A stretch of 63,900 bases of DNA, filler included, from Octopus bimaculoides (GCF_001194135.2; 7 parts of 6 records of this genome joined end to end with filler, not necessarily neighbours in it), one strand, 5' to 3'; shown: positions 1-13,329, numbered from the whole stretch's first letter. Notes: generated by a model from the sequence alone, not told the origin. Numbers and translations are program-made.

Positions 1-1849
1 CTATGCGTTGAATAAAATCTATTTTTCTACTTGTACTACCATACATTTCAGCGCTTCGAAAAACAAACTTGTTTGTTTACATACAGCGTAACTAAAAGGA
101 AAGTTTAATCTATGACTTTGTATGCATAAGAGAAAGTAGGAGTTGAAAGGATTTGTAAAGGTCGTAGAAAGAGGAAATTTAGGTTTTATTAGGGGGGGGG
201 GATGTTATTTTGCGCAGTTTAATGGATTTTATTGGTAACTGTGATTGATTTTGACGGAAAAAATGATGCAGTTACCTAGGTTATGGTATTTAGAATATTA
301 ATTCCGATTGTTTCATTCAAGAAATTTGGAATTGTGTAAATGTATGAATTGTATACACACACATACACACACACTCATAAACTCAGCTATATATACTTAC
401 TTTATTTAAAAGCAGCAGAAATATAACATAAGACTGTTACTCTGAGTTTCATGTTCCCGTTCATTCCAGATAGAATTCATGAGCAATCTTAGCCCTTCTT
501 GCATTTTTCCTCATACCAGATGTGAGAGAAAGATTGCAGATAGTCTGCCTGTTCATCTCATATGACTGGGCAGACCACTGGTTCAGTGACCAAATGTATA
601 GAGCTGAAGATTATGCAGAGCTAAAGACTGCTTTGAAATGCTTGACAAATCACTGGAAACTAGCCATCAAAACTAAACATCAGCAGAAGCAATCACTGCT
701 GTGAGTGAGTAATCAAGGTTGTGCAAGAACTACAAGCCACATACAAGAACAAAACCAACCTGCCATTGCATTTCATTCTCTCTAACGACTTGCCGCAACT
801 TGACTGTTGACGAATTTGACTTTATATGACTTACCTTTTTATTGTTCTGGAATGCAGAATACAGTTCTTTTAACAGTTATGGATTAAATGTTTGGATCTT
901 TTTCCCTTTTTTGTTTATTATTCAACCAGGGTTCTAGTTTTTGGAAATCCACCGAAATGCAACCGAGTATAAAAATTTTAAAGTTAGTTATGGGTGAACT
1001 TTTTTGATCAAATACAAAAAAAAAAAAAAANNNNNNNNNNAAAAAAAAAAAAAAAACGATTTTCATTGTTTTCTAGCAAAAGCTCATCAGAATATGATAT
1101 AGGACTAAAGAGTTGCAAAAAAGTTGTATCCCTATTGCACACATATATATTGATTTCTGTACCCATGTTTTAGTTGACACATTTCTTTATATATACGAGG
1201 TGATATATTAACAAATGACACCCCTAGCCAAAATCAACAATGTTCAAGTATGTATATATGCAGATGTCAGGATGTTACCTGACACTCCACATGCAGTGGC
1301 TGCCTTTATTGCATATAGGAAATACCTACAAATTTTGACTCCGTCTTTTAAGTCTATTGTTTATAATTTACATGCACAGGTAGTATATATGTGTTTATAT
1401 TTATTTTCTCACATTTCAAAGTCTCTTGTCATTGTGATTATGGCTAACAAGTAGTTAATTATGTCACATAAAATTTTTAAAAGTTAATATTTAAATAGGA
1501 GACAAAGAGACAGACTAAAAAACTGTAAAAATGCTTCTCTCACCTGTTTACTACCCTCTTGTCCCTAGTACATATATAAAATTTTTCATCAATTACCAGG
1601 CAGAGGTGGGTGGGGAGCAGTTTCAGTGCCACCTACTTTGAGAAGCATTGATCTGAAGAATTACTGAGATTATTGCTAGCACAATTTTAACTGAAGGGAA
1701 AAGCCAAGTTTTTGAAACTTTTAATATGTCACATTCACTGACATCAAATATGTTGAGAGTGAAAAGATTTGTACCCATCAGTATTGTTTCATGTGTTTTT
1801 TTTATACTAGCTTGGGTTGGATAGTTTGATGGGAACTGATAAGCCAAAG

Positions 1850-2520
1850 GACCGAGTCAAGTTCCAGTTTCTGCCTTGGTATAGTTACTCTAGTTGGATG
1901 CCCTTCCTATCACCGACTATTTTACAGAGTGTATTGGGCACTTTTTTGTAGCATCAACACTAAAGAACTTACAAGAGAAGATGTCTGAATTGAGTGGGGG
2001 CATAGTATTGAGGGAGGTGGAAAGAGAGAGATGGTGGAGATATACCTAAAGGTACAAGGTGAATATAAAAAAGAATCAGGATAGAGGAACAAAAAGAATG
2101 TGTGGGTGGGTAAGTTTACAAGAGTGTGAACAGAGTGTGACAAATGATTAGAAATGGGGGAGTGTGGTGGACACAATAGGACACATAGTAGTGAGTGGTA
2201 TGATCAATGATGAATATCAGTTTGTGGTAAAGTGAAGGAAATAGGAGTGGGTCAGGGAGGAGGCAGAAGTGATAAGGGACAGTAATAAGGAGACAATGTG
2301 AGTTAGCTGTGCTGTAGTTAGAAAAGTGATGGAGGGATTGATGATAGATGAGTTGTGAGAGACAGCTTGACTGAACCTCATTTTTGCTGGACGGGTCTTC
2401 TCAAGCACAGCATATTACCAACCATCTCAGTCTATTGTCACCTTTTCTGTGAGGTTTAACATCTTGAGGTTAGCCTTCACTAATTCATCTCCTGTCTTCT
2501 TGGGTCTCCCCCCCACCCTC
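1850..2520 (-). mobile_element. 5'-truncated RTE LINE (ORF end plus CT-rich 3'UTR)
   Basis: Minus strand 2520-2400 reads GRPKKTGDELVKANLKMLNLTEKVTID, followed by a 3'UTR shared with 12490-13070 and 22560-23400. Confidence 0.65.
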
Positions 2521-2823
2521 ACCCCCCCAAGTGTGTCTCTTAAAAAAAAAATTGTATGATAATTTCTTTCTTCAAAGCTAAGCACATTCTGGAAAGCTTA
2601 CAAGTTTAATATTGATTATTTAAAAAGTGAGATATAGAACATAATGCCACCATCATTTGCTGTCTGTTTTTTAGGGGTGTTGGGATGTAGTTAAGAGAAC
2701 AGGAAACTTCTATCAACTCAAGGTAGAGATCTTTATAGACACCTGTATGAGAAGGAATGTGAAGATTTTAGTTTGTATTTGTTTATGTAAGTAATTTGAA
2801 ATTTTATATTATCATTTCTTTAG

Positions 2824-2878
2824 CCTACTGTGCAGAAAGTTCAAGAAATACGTGAAGTCACTAGAATTGAACGAATTG
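2824..2878 (+). CDS. RUVBL2: RUVBL2/reptin coding exon (PTVQKVQEIREVTRIERI-G)
   Basis: tttcttTAG acceptor and G|GTAAGT donor; 55 nt; translation matches the reptin N-terminus (EIRxVTRIERIG) and splices in frame to the next exon. Confidence 0.93.
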
Positions 2879-2999
2879 GTAAGTTAATTTATGTATCTGA
2901 ACATGTAAAGATGTTTTATATTTGAAATTGGAGCTTGCTGTGACAACCATATACCATTCAAGTACTGAGAAAAATCTTTCCATCATTCAACTAAAAATT

Positions 3000-3160
3000 C
3001 TTCAAGGCAGTGTCCCAGCATGGTCCACCTGTACTAAAAGATAAAGATCCTCTTCAGTCATGAATGACCATAGGATTGCACCTAGAAAGTTACATTCCGA
3101 GGCACAAATCTGGGCAAAGTTGTTTTTATGGAAGACCAGTAGTTGCCCATGATCATGTTT
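3000..3160 (-). mobile_element. SINE fragments, including the 3' end of the family seen at 22194-22533
   Basis: 3048-3150 is the reverse complement of 22440-22533. Confidence 0.7.
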
Positions 3161-3444
3161 GGGCTTGGGTTAAGAGAAAAGCTATTTTTGTCGTAAACTC
3201 ATTTGCTCTAACATTTGCAAATGCTAAAACTGCAGGAAAATAATCATATTTATAGACATATAAAAAGAAATGTGCTTTTTTTTTGTATGTGAATATTTAT
3301 ACATTAGGTTTTCTGAAGACTATATACTCACTTATATAGAATATCATGGAATTGTAAAAATATTGTAAAACTATCTCTATTTAACAACAAATTTAATTAA
3401 AAACAGTGTAACTTTACTTAAGTATGTTTTATGTTTAAATTTAA

Positions 3445-3651
<207 letters not shown>

Positions 3652-3721
3652 TAGAATATTATGAAACTTCTACTAGTATCTAATTCAATAATGCTTTCTT
3701 ATGTATGGAAGATAGATGGCT

Positions 3722-4095
3722 GGGCACCGGCATGGCTATGAGGTTGAGCAGTTTGCTTCTCAACTGTATGATTTTGGTTTCAGTCCCATTGGGTGGCACC
3801 TTGGCAAGTGTCTTCTACAATAGCTCCAGGTTAATCAGAGTTTTGTAAGTGGATTGGGTAGATGAAAACTGAAAGAATGTTGTATGTTATTGGCTCTGTC
3901 TTGATATCATGCAATAGTGTCACTATCATACAAGTGCTGTCCTTTGTTTCGAGTCTTCTATGCAAACTTGTCTGGCCATGGAGAAATATTGCTTTGCTTG
4001 GAAACAGGGGTGGGGGTTGGTGACAGGAAGGGCCATAAAATATTTGAACTCTGACAAATGCAAGCATGGAAAAGTGGATGTAAGGATGATGATGA
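3722..4095 (+). mobile_element. tRNA-derived SINE with an RTE-like (GAT)n tail
   Basis: Degenerate A/B-box head, the caccttggcaagtgtcttctac core also seen at 49340, and a gcatggaaaagtggatgtaa-(gat)n tail. Confidence 0.75.
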
Positions 4096-4934
4096 TATTT
4101 ATTGTATAGAGCAAACAGTATTTATTGTGGCATTAGGATTTTATCTGTGTTAATAATTGCACTCCTAGATTGGTTCATCCTATCTAAAGCATATTAAACT
4201 GTGAAAGAAGTGAAGGTGAAAAAAGTTTGGAAGTTATGAGACCTGCCAAAGAAAGTAATTATCTCTGCTGTGTAAAGTGATTAAATAAACCGAGATATAT
4301 TTAACCATTTGAACATTATGACCTATTTTTCCCTTGCAACCCCATTAACCTAAACAGTGGAATATGCTGTTCTGTGCTCTTGTATCCAATGTGGATTTTT
4401 ACATTTACAAACCGCAAAGACTTCTCAGTACATTAGTTTTATCAATCTCTAGAAATTTTCAGCTACAGATATGAAATAAATGCTCTTCAGATTACTGTTA
4501 AACTAATTTTGCTTGCTTGAGAGAAATGCTTTTTACAAGATGAAATTCTTAGAAAATTGTAATGCAAGCAAGAAATATATAATGAAGTCATGTAAAAAAT
4601 GAGCAATAGAAATTGTAAATAAATGTAATAAACAAAGGATGCCCCCCCCCCCCCCAAAAAAAAAACAAGCAAACCTTATTGGCAAAAGAAAAAAAAATCT
4701 CTAACTAAAAGTTTATTCACCATAATATAAATCAATAAAACAAAATTTTATTATGATTGGTTGTCAGAAAGCTCAACAGCATATTAGCTGCCATAAAGTA
4801 TCTTGTGGACAGGACTTGAGATAATTGTTGAAAAATCTTAATTGTAGGTGCAGGTATGGTTGTGTGGTAAGAAGTGTCTTCATATGAACGCAATTTGTTT
4901 CTTTTCCTAATTGATAGTTATTTTCTTCAATTCA

Positions 4935-5370
4935 GTTTCTATGCTTGTCCTCACCTATGGTCATGAATTTTGGGTAATGACCCAAATTGTGTAATCACAG
5001 AGACAAGTGACCAAAATGGGGCTCCTCTGAAGGATCTCTGGAGAAACATTATTCAACAAGGTGCATAGCTTGGAGATCAGTGAGTCTCTCCAGGTCAAGC
5101 TACTGCTTCCTCACATTGAGAAGTTATAGTTCTGGTACTACAGACATGTGATTAGAATGTTGTAGGAAAGAATTGCAAGACATCTTCTTCAAACCTAGCC
5201 AACTAGCAGAAGACCTAATGATGAGATAGTTAGATAATATCCAGTCTCAGTTAGTCACACTTCGGAATTCAGCCAGAAAGTGTAGTGACAGTTGCTTCCG
5301 ATAGAATGCTGTGGAGGAGGTGGCTGAGGACTCTACCCCAGCAACCCTTCTAGGAATAGTAGATAGAGAA
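4935..5370 (+). mobile_element. Degenerate RTE-clade LINE 3' fragment (different subfamily)
   Basis: Reads LTYGHEFWVMT...GLL*RISGETLFNKVHSLEISESLQVKLLL...HVIRM, resembling an RTE C-terminus, with stops. Confidence 0.6.
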
Positions 5371-5599
5371 TTTGAATGGATTGATGGATGGCTAATAATT
5401 TTCTTTTATCATTTTTGGACATGTTAAAAAATCTTCATGATGGTAATTTTTAGCATTTTTGTTTCCCTTTATTTTTTCTGTCTTGAGTAACTTCTAGAAA
5501 GGCTCTGTTGTACTATTCAGTTTTGCCTGCATTGAAAAAAATCGCGACTATCAGTCTCTTGAATATACAAGTTCAGTTATCAGCAGCACTTTTTGCTAG

Positions 5600-5870
5600 G
5601 ATAAAAAATTATTTGCAGAATTAAACTCTCTTGTTTAAATGCTCTGCTAAACTTTTGGCCTTCTCTGACAGAGCTGGTCCATATAGTGGAATATCTTTGG
5701 GTCTGGCTTTACTGAACCATTGGGATAATGTCCTCTTTAGCAGCATCTTTTGTTTTTTACAATTAGATTGGCATTGGATTGACATGCTCCTATAATTTCA
5801 GTCTGAATATTTGGGATTCAGAACATGCCAATTTTTTTGCTGACTCTCTCTGGGACATCTTATAGCCTGG
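5600..5870 (-). mobile_element. pogo/Tigger transposase N-terminal remnant (CENP-B-type HTH)
   Basis: Minus strand reads MSQRESAK...LSQWFSKARPKDIPLYGPALSEKAKSLAEHL. Confidence 0.6.
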
Positions 5871-6250
5871 ACATCTTATACTAGTCAGCAATATGCAAGT
5901 CATTTCTTTTTCTAAATGGTCATTCTTCTTTCTTATATTTTCTTTGAGCCACTGATGAATAAATGAGTTGAAAATAAATCTATATAAAAATTGGTCTTAT
6001 TTTTCACAAAATTAGGAGAACAAATCCTATGCATTGTGATTAACCAGTTAATTTTACATTGTTTTGATCCTAAACGGTTTGGTATTTTGAAATTTTATGC
6101 AGTTTTTCAGTATGCTTTTACATCTGTACACTCAGAGTTTATAGATGGTATAGTACCACTGAAAAGATAGACATATTTATGTAACAACAGATTTGCCAAT
6201 ATGAAACTATTTTTACTATTGGTACATACAATCAAGAGTACTCTTTGTAA

Positions 6251-6466
<216 letters not shown>

Positions 6467-6564
6467 TGAACTAGCATAAAATGTTGCCATAAAAAAGTTG
6501 ATTTTCTTAAAACTGCATTTCAATATGTTTATTAAGATCAGAGACATAGAAGTGCCTCTATGAA

Positions 6565-8220
6565 AGGTTAGTAAATGTGGAAAATGCACTGGAGGAGGAG
6601 AGTCTTTCAAATAGCAAACCAATTGAGGGACCAACCATCAGAGTTGATAGCAACATAATAGATAAGGCAATCAAGGATATGAAGACCAGGAAAGCCCCTG
6701 GGCCATCAGGAATCACTACTGAGATGATTAAAATATCTGGTGGTGTAGGATACAGCCTAGTCACCCATAACCATATAATCAAGTTATGTAGGAAGGTGCC
6801 ATTCCAAATGACTGGTGTAGTAGTATTATAGTTAGTTGCTACAAGGGTAAAGGTGATGCCTTCTTAGATAGAAACAACTACAGAGGTATCAAACTGCTGG
6901 ACCAGGTCATGAAAATTATGGAGATAGTTATAGCTTAATTGATTAGGAATACAATTAAACTAGATAAGCTGCAGTTTGGTTTTGTACTTGGGAAGGGTAC
7001 CACAGATACCATCTTCCTAGTGAAACAGCTGCAGGAGAAGTATTTAGCCAAAAGTAAGCCATTGTACTTAGCTTTTGTTGACCTGGAGAAAGCTTTTGGC
7101 ACGGTCCCCTACTCTGTTATCTGGTGGTCTCTAAGGAAGTTAGGATGAGAAGAGTAGCTTGTTAGAGCTGTACAAGCTATGTTTAGTGGTGCTGTCGTAA
7201 GGTGAGAGTTGGCCTTGAAAACAGTGATGAATTTAGCATACAAGTAGGGTCTCACCAGGGTTCACTTCTCAGCCCACTCTATTTCATCTTAGTTCTCCAG
7301 GCCATAATAGAGGAATTCGAAACTAGATGCCCATGGGAATTACTATATACTGACGACTTTGCTCTTATTGCAGAACTGGAGAAGAAATTCCAGGTGTGGA
7401 AGCAAAGCCTGGTGTCAGGGCCTTAAAGTTAACCTAGCAAAGACCAAATGTTGTTAGCAAGGAAGCAGACAAGACTTTTTCTGTTGGGTAAATGGCCCTG
7501 CTCATTATTTAGGAAAGGAGTTGGAAGTAATTCCATTCATTGCACCAAGTGTAAGCTATGGACACATAAGAGGTGCAGTGGAATCGCAGGTAGATAAACA
7601 GCTAAAGTCATCTTCATATGTGCAGGAACAATAAGCACTAAGGGCACACAAGACTCCCTCAAATGCCCAGGAGGCTCTCTTGAGGTTGTAGATAGTTTCT
7701 CTCATCTAGGTGACCAATTTATCATTAGTGGAGGAATATCTGAAAGTATTGTTTCCAGAATAAGACTAGAATGGAGGAAGTTCAGAGAGCTACTATCTCT
7801 GTTGGTATCAAAAAGGACAATTTCTTCGAGTGAAGAGTAGGTTATATGATGCTTGTGTACAAATGGCTATACTTCATGGTAGTGAGACATGGCTCTGAAT
7901 GCAGAAGTCATGTGTTGACTAGAGATAAATGAAGGCAGTATGCATGTACGATAAATGAAGGCAGTGTGCATGTACGATGAAGGGCAAATCTGTTGAGAAA
8001 AGTTGGGCATAAGAGAAATCAAATGTAGCATGCAAGAGAGAGGACTACTTTGGTTTGGACATGTGATGCGTATTACTGAAAACAGCTGTATAAAGAAGTG
8101 TCAAACACTGAAAGTAGATGGTACCCTTGGAAGAAGGAGACCCAGGAAGATTTGGGATGAAATGGTGAAGACTGATCTCAAGTTGTTGGGCCTCTTGGAG
8201 GATATGACAATAGATTGAGA
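6565..8220 (+). mobile_element. 5'-truncated, disrupted RTE LINE (RT region to ORF end)
   Basis: Track ORFs show KAPGPSGI, QFGFVLGKGTTD, AFVDLEKAF, HQGSLLSP, LLYTDD, LLWFGHVMR and GRRRPRKIW; several stops and frameshifts. Confidence 0.95.
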
Positions 8221-11110
8221 TCATCATCATCATCATTGTTTAACGTCCGCCTTCCATGCTAGCATGTGTTGGACGATTTGACTGAAGACTGGCGAACCAG
8301 ACGGCTACACCAGGCTCCAATCTGATTTGGCAGAGTTTCTGCAGCTGGATGCCCTTCCTAACACCAACCACTCCGAGAGTGAAGTGGGTGCTTTTACGTG
8401 CCACTGGCACAAAGGCCGGTTAGGCGGTACTGGCAATGGCCACGCTCAAAATGGTGTATTTTATGTGCCACCTGCACAGGAGCCAGTCCAGCAGCACTGG
8501 CAACGACCTCGCTCGAATGTTAACGGCATAAGTGCCAGTAAGGAGACGCTGGTAACAATCACACTCAAATGGTGCTATTTATGTGCCACTGGCACGGAAG
8601 CCAGACAACTGCTCTGGCAATGATCATGCTCGGACGGTGCTCTTAGTGCTCCACTGGTATAGGTGCCATCATGTTTTCGATTTCATTTGCCCCAACAGGT
8701 CTTCGCAAGCCAAGTTTAGTGTCCAATGAAGGAGAGGTTGGTATGAGTGCCAGTTATTGAATTTGGTTCGATTTCAATTTCACTTGCCTCAACAGGTCTT
8801 TGCAAGCAGAGTTTAGTGTCCAATGAAGGAAAGGTATGCATAAATGGGCTAGCTACACCCTAGGCAGAGACCTCGGATTATGGTCTCACTTGACTTGTCG
8901 AGTCTTCTCGCGCACAGCATATTTTCAAAGGTCTGTCACAATTCGTTGCCTTGATGAGGCCCAATGTTCGAAGGTCGTGCTTAACCACCTCATCCCAGGT
9001 CATCCTGGGTCTACGTCTTCCACAGGTTTCCTCAACTGCTAGGGTGTGGCACTTTTTCACACAGCTATCCTCATCCATTCTCGCCACATGGCCATACCAG
9101 CGCAATCGTCTCTCTTGCACACCACAACTGATGCTTCTTAGGTTCAACTTTTCTCTCAAGGTACTTACATTCTGTCGAGTATGCACACTGACATTACACA
9201 TCTATCGGATCATACTGGCTTCATTCCTTGCGATCTTACGCATGTCCTCAGCAGTCATGGCCCATGTTTCAGTGCCATGTAGCATGGCTGTTCGTACACA
9301 TGCGTCATACAGTCTGCCTTTTACTTTGAGTGAGAGGCCCTTTGTCACCAGCAGAGGTAAGAGCTCTCTGAACTTTGCGCAGGCTATTCTTATTCTAGCA
9401 GCTACACTTTCAGCGCACCCTCCCCCACTACTAACTTGGTCACCTAGATAACGGAAGCTATCAACTACTTCTAGTTTTTCTCCCTTGAATGTGGTGGAAG
9501 TTGTTCTTTGCACATTTTCAGTGTTTATTGCTCCTGAGCATCTGCCACATACAAAAACTATCTTGCTAGTTAGCCTTTCTTTGATATTGCTGCACCTCTT
9601 ATGTGTCCATAGCTTACATTGGATACATCTTATAGAGTTTCTACCTATGCCTTTTCTACAGATCGAGCAGGGCCATCTACCTGAAGGGGTTTGTGTTTTA
9701 TCTACCTTCCTATTTAATAGGACTTTGGTTTTAGCTAGGTTGACTCTAAGGCCCTTCGATTCTAGTCCTTGCTTCCACACCTGAAACTTCTCCTCTAATT
9801 CTGATAGTGACTCAGCAATTAGTGCAAGGTCATCAGCATAGAGGAGCTCCCAGGGGCATCCTGACTTGAATTCCTCTGTTATTGCCTGGAGGACTATGAT
9901 AGATAGGAGGGGGCTGAGGACTGAACCTTGTTGGACCCCTACCTCTACCCAGAATTCATCACTGTACTCGTTGCCAACCCTCACCTTACTGACAGCATCT
10001 CTGTACATGGCTTGTACAGCTCTCAGTAACCATTCTTCTATCCCTAGTTTCCTCATTGATCACCAGATAAGGGATCAGGGGACCCTGTCAAAGGCTTTCT
10101 CCATGTCAATGAAAGCCAGGTACAAAGGTTTATCTTTGGCTAGGTATTTCTCCTGAAGCTGTCTTATCAGAAATATAGCATCAGTAGTGCTTTTCCCTGG
10201 CACGAACCCAAACCGCATCTCATCTAAACTGACTCTCTCCCTAATTAATTGGGCTATGACCCTCTCCGTGACTTTCATTACTTGATCCAACAACTTGATA
10301 CCTCTGTAATTATATCTAAAGCGTCACCTTTACCTTTGTAGCAGTTGACTATGGTGCTGCTACACCAGTCATTGGGTATGACTCCTTCGTGTATCACTTG
10401 GTTAGCAATACGGGTGACTAGGCCATACCCGACACTACCAGATATTTTGAGCATCTCTGCAGTGATTCCTGATGGGCCGGGGGCTTTCCCTGTCTGCATA
10501 CTCTTAATTGCTTTATCTACCATGGTATTGTCAACTTGGATAGCTAATCCCTCTGTTGGGTAGACATTCGGCAGACTCTCTTTCTCCCATTCATTCTCTT
10601 TATTGAGCAACCTTTCATAGTGGCGTTTCCAAACCTCTCTCTTTACAGCCTCATTTAGTGCAAGTGTACCATCATCCATGCGGACACATTTCTCTCCTAC
10701 AACATCATGATTCTCTCTCACACACTGTCTTGCAACATGAAATACCTCAAGTCTTTGGTCCTCATGGCGCAGAACATTGGCAAATTTTTTCTTATGTGCT
10801 TCCCCTCTAGCTAAATAAACCTGTCGCCTAGCTTCCCTTCTGGCAGTCTGACACAATTCTCTGCTACCACTGTTCTTTCATTCTTTCCAAGCCTGTTTCC
10901 TTTGTCTAATAGCCCTGTCAACAACATTGTTCCACCACCACGTTATTTTGGGTTGAGAGGGGTCTTTGCACCATCCACAGATCTGGTCAGTAGCCCTCAG
11001 CAGGTTGTCCTGTAGAAACCTTCAATTATCTTCTGCATCATGTGAAGCTATATCCCCTTCTATGTCGTCAAAGGCTTCGAGTAATAATGTCTAGCAATAT
11101 GAGGTTCTTG
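8221..11110 (-). mobile_element. Younger RTE LINE with about 2.2 kb of near-contiguous ORF, a ~650-bp repetitive 3'UTR and a (GAT)n tail
   Basis: ORFs 10278-10856, 10075-10293, 9202-10056 and 8878-9201 carry FIDMEKAFDRVP, QQGSVLSP, LLYADD, FRYLG and RLRWYGHV; tail at 8221-8235. Confidence 0.97.
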
Positions 11111-11124
11111 AGAAAACCCACCCA

Positions 11125-12479
11125 TGTCAGCGAAACTGAGTTCTAGAAGCACTGTGTTCCACCTGTGGTATGACGTCAGTGTCTGGGGAGGCTGACCGGA
11201 AGGGCGAGTTGACCAGAAGAGGAAAAAGGGCAGAGGGAGCCTCGATCGGGATTCGTGCCCTCTTTCGAACGGGGTCGCGGACAGGACAAGACGTGTCTAG
11301 TGACGGTCTAGGTTTGGGAGAAGCAGCTGCTATTCCTGGTGTTCTTTGGGTCGGGGCAAGCTTCAAGGATTGGATATCGCAAGACAGACTCGCAGTCGAC
11401 GAAAGGAAAACCGAGGTAAGGCGATTACATCTACTTGTACGCACACACCACACCNNNNNNNNNNNNNNNNNNNNNNNNNNNNNNNNNNNNNNNNNNNNNN
11501 NNNNNNNNNNNNNNNNNNNNNNNNNNNNNNNNNNNNNNNNNNNNNNNNNNNNNNNNNNNNNNNNNNNNNNNNNNNNNNNNNNNNNNNNNNNNNNNNNNNN
11601 NNNNNNNNNNNNNNNNNNNNNNNNNNNNNNNNNNNNNNNNNNNNNNNNNNNNNNNNNNNNNNNNNNNNNNNNNNNNNNNNNNNNNNNNNNNNNNNNNNNN
11701 NNNNNNNNNNNNNNNNNNNNNNNNNNNNNNNNNNNNNNNNNNNNNNNNNNNNNNNNNNNNNNNNNNNNNNNNNNNNNNNNNNNNNNNNNNNNNNNNNNNN
11801 NNNNNNNNNNNNNNNNNNNNNNNNNNNNNNNNNNNNNNNNNNNNNNNNNNNNNNNNNNNNNNNNNNNNNNNNNNNNNNNNNNNNNNNNNNNNNNNNNNNN
11901 NNNNNNNNNNNNNNNNNNNNNNNNNNNNNNNNNNNNNNNNNNNNNNNNNNNNNNNNNNNNNNNNNNNNNNNNNNNNNNNNNNNNNNNNNNNNNNNNNNNN
12001 NNNNNNNNNNNNNNNNNNNNNNNNNNNNNNNNNNNNNNNNNNNNNNNNNNNNNNNNNNNNNNNNNNNNNNNNNNNNNNNNNNNNNNNNNNNNNNNNNNNN
12101 NNNNNNNNNNNNNNNNNNNNNNNNNNNNNNNNNNNNNNNNCACCTGTGGTATGACGTCAGTGTCTGGGGAGGCTGACCGGAAGGGCGAGTTGACCAGAAG
12201 AGGAAAAAGGGCAGAGGGAGCCTCGATCGGGATTCGTGCCCTCTTTCGAACGGGGTCGCGGACAGGACAAGACGTGTCTAGTGACGGTCTAGGTTTGGGA
12301 GAAGCAGCTGCTATTCCTGGTGTTCTTTGGGTCGGGGCAAGCTTCAAGGATTGGATATCGCAAGACAGACTCGCAGTCGACGAAAGGAAAACCGAGGTAA
12401 GGCGATTACATCTACTTGTACGCACACACCACACCACCCACATGTAACAATAAAACTTTCCGCATACCCTACTCCAACA
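11125..12479 (+). mobile_element. LTR-like GC-rich repeat of about 374 bp, present on both sides of a 686-N gap
   Basis: 11160-11454 appears identical to 12141-12435; TGT start, AATAAA at 12449, AACA end; flanks ACCCA and AACCA (4/5 match). Confidence 0.5.
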
Positions 12480-12489
12480 AACCAAATGA

Positions 12490-13070
12490 CATCTCTTCTT
12501 CACATCTCCTCTTCATGCACTAGGCTTATCTGTCATTCTCTAATCCTGTCCTCATGGCCTGGCTTACTGTATCATTGCTATCTTGTAGTCCTCCATCCCC
12601 TCTATATACCTAGCTTTTAACCAGTCAGTGCCTTTGGCCCTTATGCTTCTTTGGCAATACCCTGCCACATATATTATGACCTCCATACCTTGAGGGTATG
12701 CCCTGGCACTTGCCACCACCTATCTCTCTCTTCCTTTACTCTGCCATCCCATTTTTATTCTGATCCCTGTTCCTTGTGAATATGCCCCAGCTCTTTGCCA
12801 CCATCTCTCTTTTGCTGTTTCCCACTCTCTCTCTCTTTTTCTCTTGCTCTTCCTTCAGGCTGGATAGCCATGCATCTCCTTTACAGCAGCACACCTGCCC
12901 TCAGTCTTGATCTCTCCCTTTCTCTGGCCACATAACCACATACCTCCTCTACAGTAAGACGTGTTTCTTCTTCTCTGCCTTTTTGTCATGCTTCTGCCTG
13001 GTTAGCTCCTGTTAAACTGTCCAACCCATACCAGTATGGAAAGCAGACATTTGATGATGATGATGATGAT
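12490..13070 (+). mobile_element. RTE 3'UTR fragment with (GAT)n tail
   Basis: CT-rich body similar to the reverse complements of 1960-2400 and 22800-23400; ends gtccaacccataccagtatggaaagcagac-(gat)n. Confidence 0.6.
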
Positions 13071-13188
13071 CTAGGATATAGATTTGTTCAACACATTCTG
13101 AGACAAATACTAATCTAGTTGCCAATAATACACATTTAACTGATTTGTCTTTATATTCAGGCATTTCCATTGATAATCTTTTTTTTAA

Positions 13189-13329
<141 letters not shown>

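Noticed and set aside
1068-1090. Minus-strand CTGATGA-GC tttt GC-TA-GAAA hammerhead-like string
   Set aside because: Two extra bases before GAAA, and no stem I or III.
1-2823. RUVBL2 exon 1 / start codon
   Set aside because: No ATG with a phase-0 donor and convincing context was found; probably upstream of the window.
8670-8830. Duplicated CCTGTTG(A/G)GGCAA..GAAATCGAAA in the RTE 3'UTR as a ribozyme
   Set aside because: The core is not CUGANGA in either copy and no consistent stem II forms.
11127-12503. Long ORFs of 239-458 aa here, and similar ones at 32337-33155, 43870-44772, 45502-45975 and 56455-57001
   Set aside because: Their length comes from N runs translated as X.
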